Position numbers and translations under genes: made by a program. From the human T2T-CHM13v2.0 reference genome, Homo sapiens: a stretch of 64,000 nt of DNA. Under the pieces are notes generated by a model. It was not told the origin of the DNA and did no database searches. It worked only from the letters and a program-made list of their open reading frames with translations. Shown here in pieces: positions 1 through 12,500 of the stretch. Position 1 is the first letter of the stretch. Every line of letters begins with the position of its first letter. The DNA is taken from assembly GCF_009914755.1 (NCBI RefSeq), contig NC_060948.1; one strand, 5' to 3'.

Positions 1-181
1 AATGGAATGGAAAGGAATTGAATGGAAAGGAATGGACTCGAAAGAAATGGATTGGAATGGAATGGTCTCCAATGGAATGGACTGGAGTGGAATGCAATCG
101 AATGGAAAGAAAAGAATGGAACGGAATGGAACGGAAAGGAATAGAATGTTATGGAATCCGATTGAACAGAATGGAATGGAA

Positions 182-196
182 TGCAGTTTCATGAAA
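182..196 (+). promoter_or_regulatory. Candidate heat-shock-element-like motif tGCAgtTTCatGAAa containing the palindrome TTTCATGAAA (one per unit; first copy shown)
   Basis: Matches nGAAnnTTCnnGAAn with one mismatch (GCA for GAA). Motif match only; there are no binding data. Confidence 0.3.
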
Positions 197-1374
197 TGGA
201 GTCGAATATAGTGGCATCAAAAGGAATGGAATGGAATGGACTCAAAAGGAATGGACTCGAAAGGAATGGAGTCGAACCAAATTGAATCAAATGGATTGGA
301 GTCGAACAGAATGGAATGGAATGGAATGAACTCGACTGGAGTAGAGAGGAATGAAAAGGAATAGAATGGAATGTAATCAAATGGATTGCAAGTGAATGGA
401 ATCAAAAATAATAGAAAGGAATGGAGTGTAAAGGGATGATATTGAATTAAATGGAATGGAATGGAATTTAATGGAATGGAGTCGAATGAATGGACAGGAA
501 TGTAATGGACTCCAATGGAATGGAATGGATCAAAATGGATTTGAACAGATTGGAATCGAACGGAATGGAATGCAATGAAATGGAATGGACTCGATCAGAA
601 CGGACTGGAGAGGAATGTACACAAATGGAATGAAAACGAAAGGAATGGAATGAAATGGAATGGAATGCAATGGAATTGAAAGGAACGGAATCAAATGGAA
701 TGGAATGGAATGGAATGGATTGGAATAGAATGGATTCAAATAAAATAGAATCGATTGCAATGGTATTGAATGGAAGGGACTTGAATGGAATGGAAAGCAA
801 TGGAAGATATTGGAATCGAATGGCATCGAATGAAATTGAATGGAACGGAATGGAACGGACCCGAATGGAATGGAATGGACTCAAATGTAATGGACTCGAT
901 TGGAATCGACTGAAATATAATAGACTCGAAAGGAATGGCCTCGAGCGGAATTTATTTGAATAGAATGGAATCAAATGGAATACAATAGTATAGAATGGAA
1001 TCGAATGGAATGGAATCGAATGGAATGTAATCAAATGGAATGGAACGGAATTCAATATAATGGAGTAGAATGGAATGCATTGGAAAGGAGCAGAGTGGAA
1101 TCGAGTGGATTGGAATCGAGTGGAATGGAATCAAAGGGAACGAAATCGAATTGAATGGACTTGAATGGAATTGAGTCGAAAGGAATTGACTCGAAAGGAA
1201 TGGACTGGAACAAAAAGGAATCAAATGGAGAGGAATGGAATGGAATGGACTCGAATGGAATGGAGTCAAATGCAAACGCATCGAATGGAATGGATTCAAA
1301 TGGAATGCAATTGAATGGAATAGAAAGGAAGAGAATGGAATTGAGAGTAATGGAAAGATATCGATTGGAATGAA

Positions 1375-2747
1375 ATGGAATGGAAAGGAATTGAATGGAA
1401 AGGAATGGACTCGAAAGAAATGGATTGGAATGGAATGGTCTCCAATGGAATGGACTGGAGTGGAATGCAATCGAATGGAAAGAAAAGAATGGAACGGAAT
1501 GGAATGGAAAGGAACAGAATGTTATGGATTCCGATTGAACAGAATGGAATGGAATGCAGTTTCATGAAATGGAGTCGAATAGAGTGGCATGAAAAGGAAT
1601 GGAATGGAGTGGACTCAAAAGGAATGGACTCGAAAGGAATGGAGTCGAACCAAATTGAATCAAATGGATTGGAGTCGAACAGAATGGAATGGAATGGAAT
1701 GAACTCGACTGGAGTAGAGAGGAATGAAAAGGAATAGAATGGAATGTAATCAAATGGATTGCAAGTGAATGGAATCAAAAATAATAGAAAGGAATGGAGT
1801 GTAAAGGGATGATATTGAATTAAATGGAATGGAATGGAATTTAATGGAATGGAGTCGAAGGAATGGACAGGAATGTAATGGACTCCAATGGAATGGAATG
1901 GATCAAAATGGATTTGAACAGATTGGAATCGAACGGAATGGAATGCAATGAAATGGAATGGACTCGATCAGAACGGACTGGAGAGGAATGTACACAAATG
2001 GAATGGAAACGAAAGGAATGGAATGAAATGGAATGGAATGCAACGGAATTGAAAGGAACGGAATCAAATGGAATGGAATGGAATGGAATGGATTGGAATA
2101 GAATGGATTCAAATAAAATAGAATCGATTGCAATGGTATTGAATGGAAGGGACTTGAATGGAATGGAAAGCAATGGAAGATATTGGAATCGAATGGCATC
2201 GAATGAAATGGAATGGAACGGAATGGAACGGACCCGAATGGAATGGAATGGACTCAAATGTAATGGACTCGAATGGAATCGACTGAAATATAATAGACTC
2301 GAAAGGAATGGCCTCGAGCGGAATTTATTTGAATAGAATGGAATCAAATGGAATACAATCGTATGGAATGGAATCGAATGGAATGGAATCGAATGGAATG
2401 TAATCAAATGGAATGGAACGGAATTCAATATAATGGAGTAGAATGGAATGCATTGGAAAGGAGCAGAGTGGAATCGAGTGGATTGGAATCGAGTGGAATG
2501 GAATCAAAGGGAACGAAATCGAATTGAATGGACTTGAATGGATTTGAGTCGAAAGGAATTGACTCGAAAGGAATGGACTGGAACAAAAAGGAATCAAATG
2601 GACAGGAATGGAATGGAAGGGACTCGAATGGAATGGAGTCAAATGCAAACGCATCGAATGGAATGGATTCAAATGGAATGCAATTGAATGGAATAGAAAG
2701 GAAGAGAATGGAATTGAGAGTAATGGAAAGATATCGATTGGAATGAA
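1375..2747 (+). repeat. Representative 1,373-bp higher-order unit (273 pentamers plus two 4-nt register slips)
   Basis: Once-per-unit landmarks: GGTCTCCAAT, GTTATGGA, CAGTTTCATGAAA, CCAAATTGAATCA, GTGTAAAGGGATGATATTG, GATCAGAACGG, TGTACAC, CAAATAAAATAG, GGACCCG, GGCCTCGAGCGG (XhoI), GGAATTCAATATAA (EcoRI), GCAAACGCATC, AAGATATCGATT (EcoRV). Confidence 0.93.
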
Positions 2748-5700
2748 ATGGAATGGAAAGGAATTGAATGGAAAGGAATGGACTCGAAAGAAATGGATTG
2801 GAATGGAATGGTCTCCAATGGAATGGACTGGAGTGGAATAGAATCGAATGGAAAGAAAAGAATGGAACGGAATGGAACGGAAAGGAATAGAATGTTATGG
2901 AATCCGATTGGACAGAATGGAATGGAATGCAGTTTCATGAAATGGAGTCGAATAGAGTGGCATGAAAAGGAATGGAATGGAGTGGACTCAAAAGGAATGG
3001 ACTCGAAAGGAATGGAGTCGAACCAAATTGAATCAAATGGATTGGAGTCGAACAGAATGGAATGGAATGGAGTGAACTCGACTGGAGTAGAGAGGAATGA
3101 AAAGGAATAGAATGGAATGTAATCAAATATATTGCAAGTGAATGGAATCAAAAATAATAGAAAGGAATGGAGTGTAAAGGGATGATATTGAATTAAATGG
3201 AATGGAATGGAATTTAATGGAATGGAGTCGAAGGAATGGACAGGAATGTAATGGACTCCAATGGAATGGAATGGATCAAAATGGATTTGAACAGATTGGA
3301 ATCGAACGGAATGGAATGCAATGAAATGGAACGGACTCGATCAGAACGGACTGGAGAGGAATGTACACAAATGGAATGGAAACGAAAGGAATGGAATGAA
3401 ATGGAATGGAATGCAATGGAATTGAAAGGAACGGAATCAAATGGAATGGAATGGAATGGAATGGATTGGAATAGAATGGATTCAAATAAAATAGAATCGA
3501 TTGCAATGGTATTGAATGGAAGGGACTTGAATGGAATGGAAAGCAATGGAAGATATTGGAATCGAATGGCATCGAATGAAATGGAATGGAACGGAATGGA
3601 ACGGACCGGAATGGAATGGAATGGACTCAAATGTAATGGACTCGAATGGAATCGACTGAAATATAATAGACTCGAAAGGAATGGCCTCGAGCGGAATTTA
3701 TTTGAATAGAATGGAATCAAATGGAATACAATCGTATGGAATGGAATCGAATGGAATGGAATCGAATGGAATGTAATCAAATGGAATGGAACGGAATTCA
3801 ATATAATGGAGTAGAATGGAATGCATTGGAAAGGAGCAGAGTGGAATCGAGTGGATTGGAATCGAGTGGAATGGAATCAAAGGGAACGAAATCGAATTGA
3901 ATGGACTTGAATGGAATTGAGTCGAAAGGAATTGACTCGAAAGGAATGGACTGGAACAAAAAGGAATCAAATGGACAGGAATGGAATGGAATGGACTCGA
4001 ATGGAATGGAGTCAAATGCAAACGCATCGAATGGAATGGATTCAAATGGAATGCAATTGATGGAATAGAAAGGAAGAGAATGGAATTGAGAGTAATGGAA
4101 AGATATCGATTGGAATGAAATGGAATGGAAAGGAATTGAATGGAAAGGAATGGACTCGAAAGAAATGGATTGGAATGGAATGGTCTCCAATGGAATGGAC
4201 TGGAGTGGAATGCAATCGAATGGAAAGAAAAGAATGGAACGGAATGGAACGGAAAGGAATAGAATGTTATGGAATCCGATTGAACAGAATGGAATGGAAT
4301 GCAGTTTCATGAAATGGAGTCGAATATAGTGGCATCAAAAGGAATGGAATGGAATGGACTCAAAAGGAATGGACTCGAAAGGAATGGAGTCGAACCAAAT
4401 TGAATCAAATGGATTGGAGTCGAACAGAATGGAATGGAATGGAATGAACTCGACTGGAGTAGAGAGGAATGAAAAGGAATAGAATGGAATGTAATCAAAT
4501 GGATTGCAAGTGAATGGAATAAAAAATAATAGAAAGGAATGGAGTGTAAAGGGATGATATTGAATTAAATGGAATGGAATGGAATTTAATGGAATGGAGT
4601 CGAAGGAATGGACAGGAATGTAATGGACTCCAATGGAATGGAATGGATCAAAATGGATTTGAACAGATTGGAATCGAACGGAATGGAATGCAATGAAATG
4701 GAATGGACTCGATCAGAACGGACTGGAGAGGAATGTACACAAATGGAATGGAAACGAAAGGAATGGAATGAAATGGAATGGAATGCAATGGAATTGAAAG
4801 GAACGGAATCAAATGGAATGGAATGGAATGGAATGGATTGGAATAGAATGGATTCAAATAAAATAGAATCGATTGCAATGGTATTGAATGGAAGGGACTT
4901 GAATGGAATGGAAAGCAATGGAAGATATTGGAATCGAATGGCATCGAATGAAATGGAATGGAACGGAATGGAACGGACCCGAATGGAATGGAATGGACTC
5001 AAATGTAATGGACTCGAATGGAATCGACTGAAATATAATAGACTCGAAAGGAATGGCCTCGAGCGGAATTTATTTGAATAGAATGGAATCAAATGGAATA
5101 CAATAGTATAGAATGGAATCGAATGGAATGGAATCGAATGGAATGTAATCAAATGGAATGGAACGGAATTCAATATAATGGAGTAGAATGGAATGCATTG
5201 GAAAGGAGCAGAGTGGAATCGAGTGGATTGGAATCGAGTGGAATGGAATCAAAGGGAACGAAATCGAATTGAATGGACTTGAATGGAATTGAGTCGAAAG
5301 GAATTGACTCGAAAGGAATGGACTGGAACAAAAAGGAATCAAATCGACAGGAATGGAATGGAATGGACTCGAATGGAATGGAGTCAAATGCAAACGCATC
5401 GAATGGAATGGATTCAAATGGAATGCAATTGAATGGAATAGAAAGGAAGAGAATGGAATTGAGAGTAATGGAAAGATATCGATTGGAATGAAATGGAATG
5501 GAAAGGAATTGAATGGAAAGGAATGGACTCGAAAGAAATGGATTGGAATGGAATGGTCTCCAATGGAATGGACTGGAGTGGAATGCAATCGAATGGAAAG
5601 AAAAGAATGGAACGGAATGGAATGGAAAGGAATAGAATGTTATGGATTCCGATTGAACAGAATGGAATGGAATGCAGTTTCATGAAATGGAGTCGAATAG

Positions 5701-8700
5701 AGTGGCATGAAAAGGAATGGAATGGAGTGGACTCAAAAGGAATGGACTCGAAAGGAATGGAGTCGAACCAAATTGAATCAAATGGATTGGAGTCGAACAG
5801 AATGGAATGGAATGGAATGAACTCGACTGGAGTAGAGAGGAATGAAAAGGAATAGAATGGAATGTAATCAAATGGATTGCAAGTGAATGGAATCAAAAAT
5901 AATAGAAAGGAATGGAGTGTAAAGGGATGATATTGAATTAAATGGAATGGAATGGAATTTAATGGAATGGAGTCGAAGGAATGGACAGGAATGTAATGGA
6001 CTCCAATGGAATGGAATGGATCAAAATGGATTTGAACAGATTGGAATCGAACGGAATGGAATGCAATGAAATGGAATGGACTCGATCAGAACGGACTGGA
6101 GAGGAATGTACACAAATGGAATGGAAACGAAAGGAATGGAATGAAATGGAATGGAATGCAATGGAATTGAAAGGAACGGAATCAAATGGAATGGAATGGA
6201 ATGGAATGGATTGGAATAGAATGGATTCAAATAAAATAGAATCGATTGCAATGGTATTGAATGGAAGGGACTTGAATGGAATGGAAAGCAATGGAAGATA
6301 TTGGAATCGAATGGCATCGAATGAAATGGAATGGAACGGAATGGAACGGACCCGAATGGAATGGAATGGACTCAAATGTAATGGACTCGAATGGAATCGA
6401 CTGAAATATAATAGACTCGAAAGGAATGGCCTCGAGCGGAATTTATTTGAATAGAATGGAATCAAATGGAATACAATGGTATAGAATGGAATCGAATGGA
6501 ATGGAAACGAATGGAATGTAATGAAATGGAATGGAACGGAATTCAATATAATGGAGTAGAATGGAATGCATTGGAAAGGAGCAGAGTGGAATCGAGTGGA
6601 TTGGAATCGAGTGGAATGGAATCAAAGGGAACGAAATCGAATTGAATGGACTTGAGTGGAATTGAGTCGAAAGGAATTGACTCGAAAGGAATGGACTGGA
6701 ACAAAAAGGGATCAAATGGACAGGAATGGAATGCAATGGACTCGAATGGAATGGAGTCAAATGCAAACGCATCGAATGGAATGGATTCAAATGGAATGCA
6801 ATTGAATGGAATAGAAAGGAAGAGAATGGAATTGAGAGTAATGGAAAGATATCGATTGGATTGTAATGGAATGGAAAGAAATTGAATGGAAAGGAATGGA
6901 CTCGAAAGAAATGGATTGGAATGGAATGGTCTCCAATGGAATGGACTGGAGTGGAATGCAATCGAATGGAAAGAAAAGAATGGAACGGAATGGAACGGAA
7001 AGGAATAGAATGTTATGGAATCCGATTGAACAGAATGGAATGGAATGCAGTTTCATGAAATGGAGTCGAATATAGTGGCATCAAAAGGAATGGAATGGAG
7101 TGGACTCAAAAGGAATGGACTCGAAAGGAATGGAGTCGAACCAAATTGAATCAAATGGTTTGGAGTCCAACAGAATGGAATGGAATGGAATGAACTCGAC
7201 TGGAGTAGAGAGGAATGAAAAGGAATAGAATGGAATGTAATCAAATATATTGCAAGTGAATGGAATCAAAAATAATAGAAAGGAATGGAGTGTAAAGGGA
7301 TGATATTGAATTAAATGGAATGGAATGGAATTTAATGGAATGGAGTCGAAGGAATGGACAGGAATGTAATGGACTCCAATGGAATGGAATGGATCAAAAT
7401 GGATTTGAACAGATTGGAATCGAACGGAATGGAATGCAATGAAATGGAATGGACTCGATCAGAACGGACTGGAGAGGAATGTACACAAATGGAATGGAAA
7501 CGAAAGGAATGGAATGAAATGGAATGGAATGCAATGGAATTGAAAGGAACGGATTCAAATGGAATGGAATGGAATGGAATGGATTGGAATAGAATGGATT
7601 CAAATAAAATAGAATCGATTGCAATGGTATTGAATGGAAGGGACTTGAATGGAATGGAAAGCAATGGAAGATATTGGAATCGAATGGCATCGAATGAAAT
7701 GGAATGGAACGGAATGGAACGGACCCGAATGGAATGGAATGGACTCAAAAGTAATGGACTCGAATGGAATCGACTGAAATATAATAGACTCGAAAGGAAT
7801 GGCCTCGAGCGGAATTTATTTGAATAGAATGGAATCAAATGGAATACAATCGTATGGAATGGAATCGAATGGAATCGAATGGAATGTAATCAAATGGAAT
7901 GGAACGGAATTCAATATAATGGAGTAGAATGGAATGCATTGGAAAGGAGCAGAGTGGAATCGAGTGGATTGGAATCGAGTGGAATGGAATCAAAGGGAAC
8001 GAAATCGAATTGAATGGACTTGAATGGATTTGAGTCGAAAGGAATTGACTCGAAAGGAATGGACTGGAACAAAAAGGAATCAAATGCACAGGAATGGAAT
8101 GGAAGGGACTCGAATGGAATGGAGTCAAATGCAAACGCATCGAATGGAATGGATTCAAATGGAATGCAATTGAATGGAATAGAAAGGAAGAGAATGGAAT
8201 TGAGAGTAATGGAAAGATATCGATTGGAATGAAATGGAATGGAAAGGAATTGAATGGAAAGGAATGGACTCGAAAGAAATGGATTGGAATGGAATGGTCT
8301 CCAATGGAATGGACTGGAGTGGAATGGAATCGAATGGAAAGAAAAGAATGGAACGGAATGGAACGGAAAGGAATAGAATGTTATGGAATCCGATTGGACA
8401 GAATGGAATGGAATGCAGTTTCATGAAATGGAGTCGAATAGAGTGGCATCAAAAGGAATGGAATGGAGTGGACTCAAAAGGAATGGACTCGAAAGGAATG
8501 GAGTCGAACCAAATTGAATCAAATGGATTGGAGTCGAACAGAATGGAATGGAATGGAGTGAACTCGACTGGAGTAGAGAGGAATGAAAAGGAATAGAATG
8601 GAATGTAATCAAATATATTGCAAGTGAATGGAATCAAAAATAATAGAAAGGAATGGAGTGTAAAGGGATGATATTGAATTAAATGGAATGGAATGGAATT

Positions 8701-9482
8701 TAATGGAATGGAGTCGAAGGAATGGACAGGAATGTAATGGACTCCAATGGAATGGAATGGATCAAAATGGATTTGAACAGATTGGAATCGAACGGAATGG
8801 AATGCAATGAAATGGAACGGACTCGATCAGAACGGACAGGAGAGGAATGTACACAAATGGAATGGAAACGAAAGGAATGGAATGAAATGGAATGGAATGC
8901 AATGGAATTGAAAGGAACGGAATCAAATGGAATGGAATGGAATGGAATGGATTGGAATAGAATGGATTCAAATAAAATAGAATCGATTGCAATGGTATTG
9001 AATGGAAGGGACTTGAATGGAATGGAAAGCAATGGAAGATATTGGAATCGAATGGTATCGAATGAAATGGAATGGAACGGAATGGAACGGACCCGAATGG
9101 AATGGAATGGACTCAAATGTAATGGACTCGAATGGAATCGACTGAAATATAATAGACTCGAAAGGAATGGCCTCGAGCGGAATTTATTTGAATAGAATGG
9201 AATCAAATGGAATACAATAGTATGGAATGGAATCGAATGGAATGGAATCGAATGGAATGTAATCAAATGGAATGGAACGGAATTCAATATAATGGAGTAG
9301 AATGGAATGCATTGGAAAGGAGCAGAGTGGAATCGAGTGGATTGGAATCGAGTGGAATGGAATAAAAGGGAACGAAATCGAATTGAATCGACTTGAATGG
9401 AATTGAGTCGAAAGGAATTGACTCGAAAGGAATGGACTGGAACAAAAAGGAATCAAATGGATAGGAATGGAATGGAAGGGAC

Positions 9483-9542
9483 TCGAATGGAATGGAGTCA
9501 AATGCAAACGCATCGAATGGAATGGAGTCAAATGCAAACGCA
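9483..9542 (+). repeat. 30-bp tandem duplication (TCGAATGGAATGGAGTCAAATGCAAACGCA)x2
   Basis: Read directly; it lengthens this unit to 1,403 bp. Confidence 0.95.
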
Positions 9543-12500
9543 TCGAATGGAATGGATTCAAATGGAATGCAATTGAATGGAATAGAAAGGAAGAGAATGG
9601 AATTGAGAGTAATGGAAAGATATCGATTGGAATGAAATGGAATGGAAAGGAATTGAATGGAAAGGAATGGACTCGAAAGAAATGGATTGGAATGGAATGG
9701 TCTCCAATGGAATGGACTGGAGTGGAATGGAATCGAATGGAAAGAAAAGAATGGAACGGAATGGAACGGAAAGGAATAGAATGTTATGGAATCCGATTGG
9801 ACAGAATGGAATGGAATGCAGTTTCATGAAATGGAGTCGAATAGAGTGGCATCAAAAGGAATGGAATGGAGTGGACTCAAAAGGAATGGACTCGAAAGGA
9901 ATGGAGTCGAACCAAATTGAATCAAATGGATTGGAGTCGAACAGAATGGAATGGAATGGAATGAACTCGACTGGAGTAGAGAGGAATGAAAAGGTATAGA
10001 ATGGATTGTAATCAAATGGATTGCAAGTGAATGGAATCAATAATAATAGAAAGGAATGGAGTGTAAAGGGATGATATTGAATTAAATGGAATGGAATGGA
10101 ATTTAATGGAATGGAGTAGAAGGAATGGACAGGAATGTAATGGACTCCTATGGAATAGAATGGATCAAAATGGATTTGAACAGATTGGAATCGAAAGGAA
10201 TGGAATGCAATGAAATGGAATGGACTCGATCAGAACGGATTGGAGAGTAATGTACACAAATGTAATGGAAACGAAAGGAATGCAATGAAAAGGAATGGAA
10301 TGCAATGGAATTGAAAGGAACGGAATCAAATGGAATGGAATGGAATGGAATGGATTGGAATAGAATGGATTCAAATAAAATAGAATCGATTGCAATGGTA
10401 TTGAATGGAAGGGACTTGAATGGAATGGAAAGGAATGGAAGATATTGGAATTGAATGGCATCGAATGAAATGGAATGGAACGGAATGGAACGGACCCGAA
10501 AGGTATGGAATGGACTCAAATGTAATGGACTCGAATGGAATCGACTGAAATATAATAGACTCGAAAGGAATGGCCTCGAGCGGAATTTATTTGAATAGAA
10601 TGGAATCAAATGGAATACAATAGTATAGAATGGAATCGAATGGAATGGAATCGAATGGAATGTAATCAAATGCAGTGGAACGGAATTCAATATAACGGAG
10701 TAGAATGGAATGCATTGGAAAGGAGCAGAGTGGAATCTAGTGTATTGGAATCGAGTGGAATGGAATCAAAGGGAACGAAATCGAATTGAATGGACTTGAA
10801 TGGAATTGAGTCGAAAGGAATTGACTCAAAAGGAATGGACTGGAACAAAAAGGAATCAAATGGACAGGAATGGAATGGAATGGACTCGAATGGAATGGAG
10901 TCAAATGCAAACCCATCGAATGGAATGGATTCAAATGGAATGCAATTGAATGGAATAGAAAGGAAGAGAATGGAATTGAGAGTAATGGAAAGATATCGAT
11001 TGGAATGAAATGGAATGGAAAGGAATTGAATGGAAAGGAATGGACTCGAAAGAAATGGATTGGAATGGAATGGTCTCCAATGGAATGGACTGGAGTGGAA
11101 TGGAATCGAATGGAAAGAAAAGAATGGAACGGAATGGAACGGAAAGGAATAGAATGTTATGGAATCCGATTGGACAGAATGGAATGGAATGCAGTTTCAT
11201 GAAATGGAGTCGAATAGAGTGGCATCAAAAGGAATGGAATGGAGTGGACTCAAAAGGAATGGACTCGAAAGGAATGGAGTCGAACCAAATTGAATCAAAT
11301 GGATTGGAGTCGAACAGAATGGAAGGGAATGGAATGAACTCGACTGGAGTAGAGAGGAATGAAAAGGAATAGAATGGATTGTAATCAAATGGATTGCAAG
11401 TGAATGGAATCAAAAATAATAGAAAGGAATGCAGTGTAAAGGGATGATATTGAATTAAATGGAATGGAATGGAATTTAATGGAATGGAGTCGAAGGAATG
11501 GACAGGAATGTAATGGACTCCAATGGAATGGAATGGATCAAAATGGATTTGAACAGATTGGAATCGAACGGAATGGAATGCAATGAAATGGAATGGACTC
11601 GATCAGAACGGACAGGAGAGGAATGTACACAAATGGAATGGAAACGAATGGAATGGAATGAAATGGAATGGAATGCGATGGAATTGAAAGGAACGGAATC
11701 AAATGGAACGGAATGGAATGGAATGGAATGGATTGGAATAGAATGGATTCAAATAAAATAGAATCGATTGCAATGGTATTGAATGGAAGGGACTTGAATG
11801 GAATGGAAAGCAATGGAAGATATTGGAATCGAATGGCATCGAATGAAATGGAATGGAACGGAATGGAACGGACCCGAATGGAATGGAATGGACTCAAATG
11901 TAATGGACTCGAATGGAATCGACTGAAATATAATAGACTCGAAAGGAATGCCCTCGAGCGGAATTTATTTGAATAGAATGGAATCAAATGGAATACAATA
12001 GTATGGAATGGAATCGAATGGAATGGAATCGAATGGAATGTAATCAAATGGAATGGAACGGAATTCAATATAATGGAGTAGAATGGAAAGCATTGGAAAG
12101 GAGCAGAGTGGAATCGAGTGGATTGGAATCGAGTGGAATGGAATCAAAGGGAACGAAATCGAATTGAATGGACTTGAATGGAATTGAGTCGAAAGGAATT
12201 GACTCGAAAGGAATGGACTGGAACAAAAAGGAATCAAATGGACAGGAATGGAATGGAATGGACTCGAATGGAATGGAGTCAAATGCAAACGCATCGAATG
12301 GAATGGATTCAAATGGAATGCAATTGAATGGAATAGAAAGGAAGAGAATGGAATTGAGAGTAATGGAAAGATATCGATTGGAATGAAATGGAATGGAAAG
12401 GAATTGAATGGAAAGGAATGGACTCGAAAGAAATGGATTGGAATGGAATGGTCTCCAATGGAATGGACTGGAGTGGAATGCAATCGAATGGAAAGAAAAG

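Larger units (their letters stand above)
1..7300 (+). repeat. Imperfect 3-unit (4,118-bp period) duplication
   Basis: Shared rare variants 4,118 bp apart: CGAATATAGTGGCATCAAAAGGAATGGAATGGAATGGACT (~203/~4321), GTTATGGATTCCG (~1521/~5639) and CAAATATATTGC (~3124/~7242). Confidence 0.6.

Noticed and set aside
468-1055. 195-aa minus-strand ORF and other IPFHS-rich ORFs
   Set aside because: Translation of (ATTCC)n: low complexity, overlapping in several frames and variably disrupted. Not a gene.
430-1365. Regular sub-repeat inside the unit (GATAT landmarks at ~437, ~806, ~1357; GTAATCAAAT twice)
   Set aside because: Spacings are irregular (~370, ~550, ~450 bp), so I cannot support a defined sub-period by eye.
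1863-2336. Recurrent 157-aa + strand ORF (MDRNVMDSNGMEW...) and other MEWNG-rich ORFs
   Set aside because: Pure (GGAAT)n has no stop codon in any frame and encodes MEWNG. The ORFs recur only because the DNA unit recurs, and many copies are broken by stops or frameshifts. There is no sign of coding constraint.
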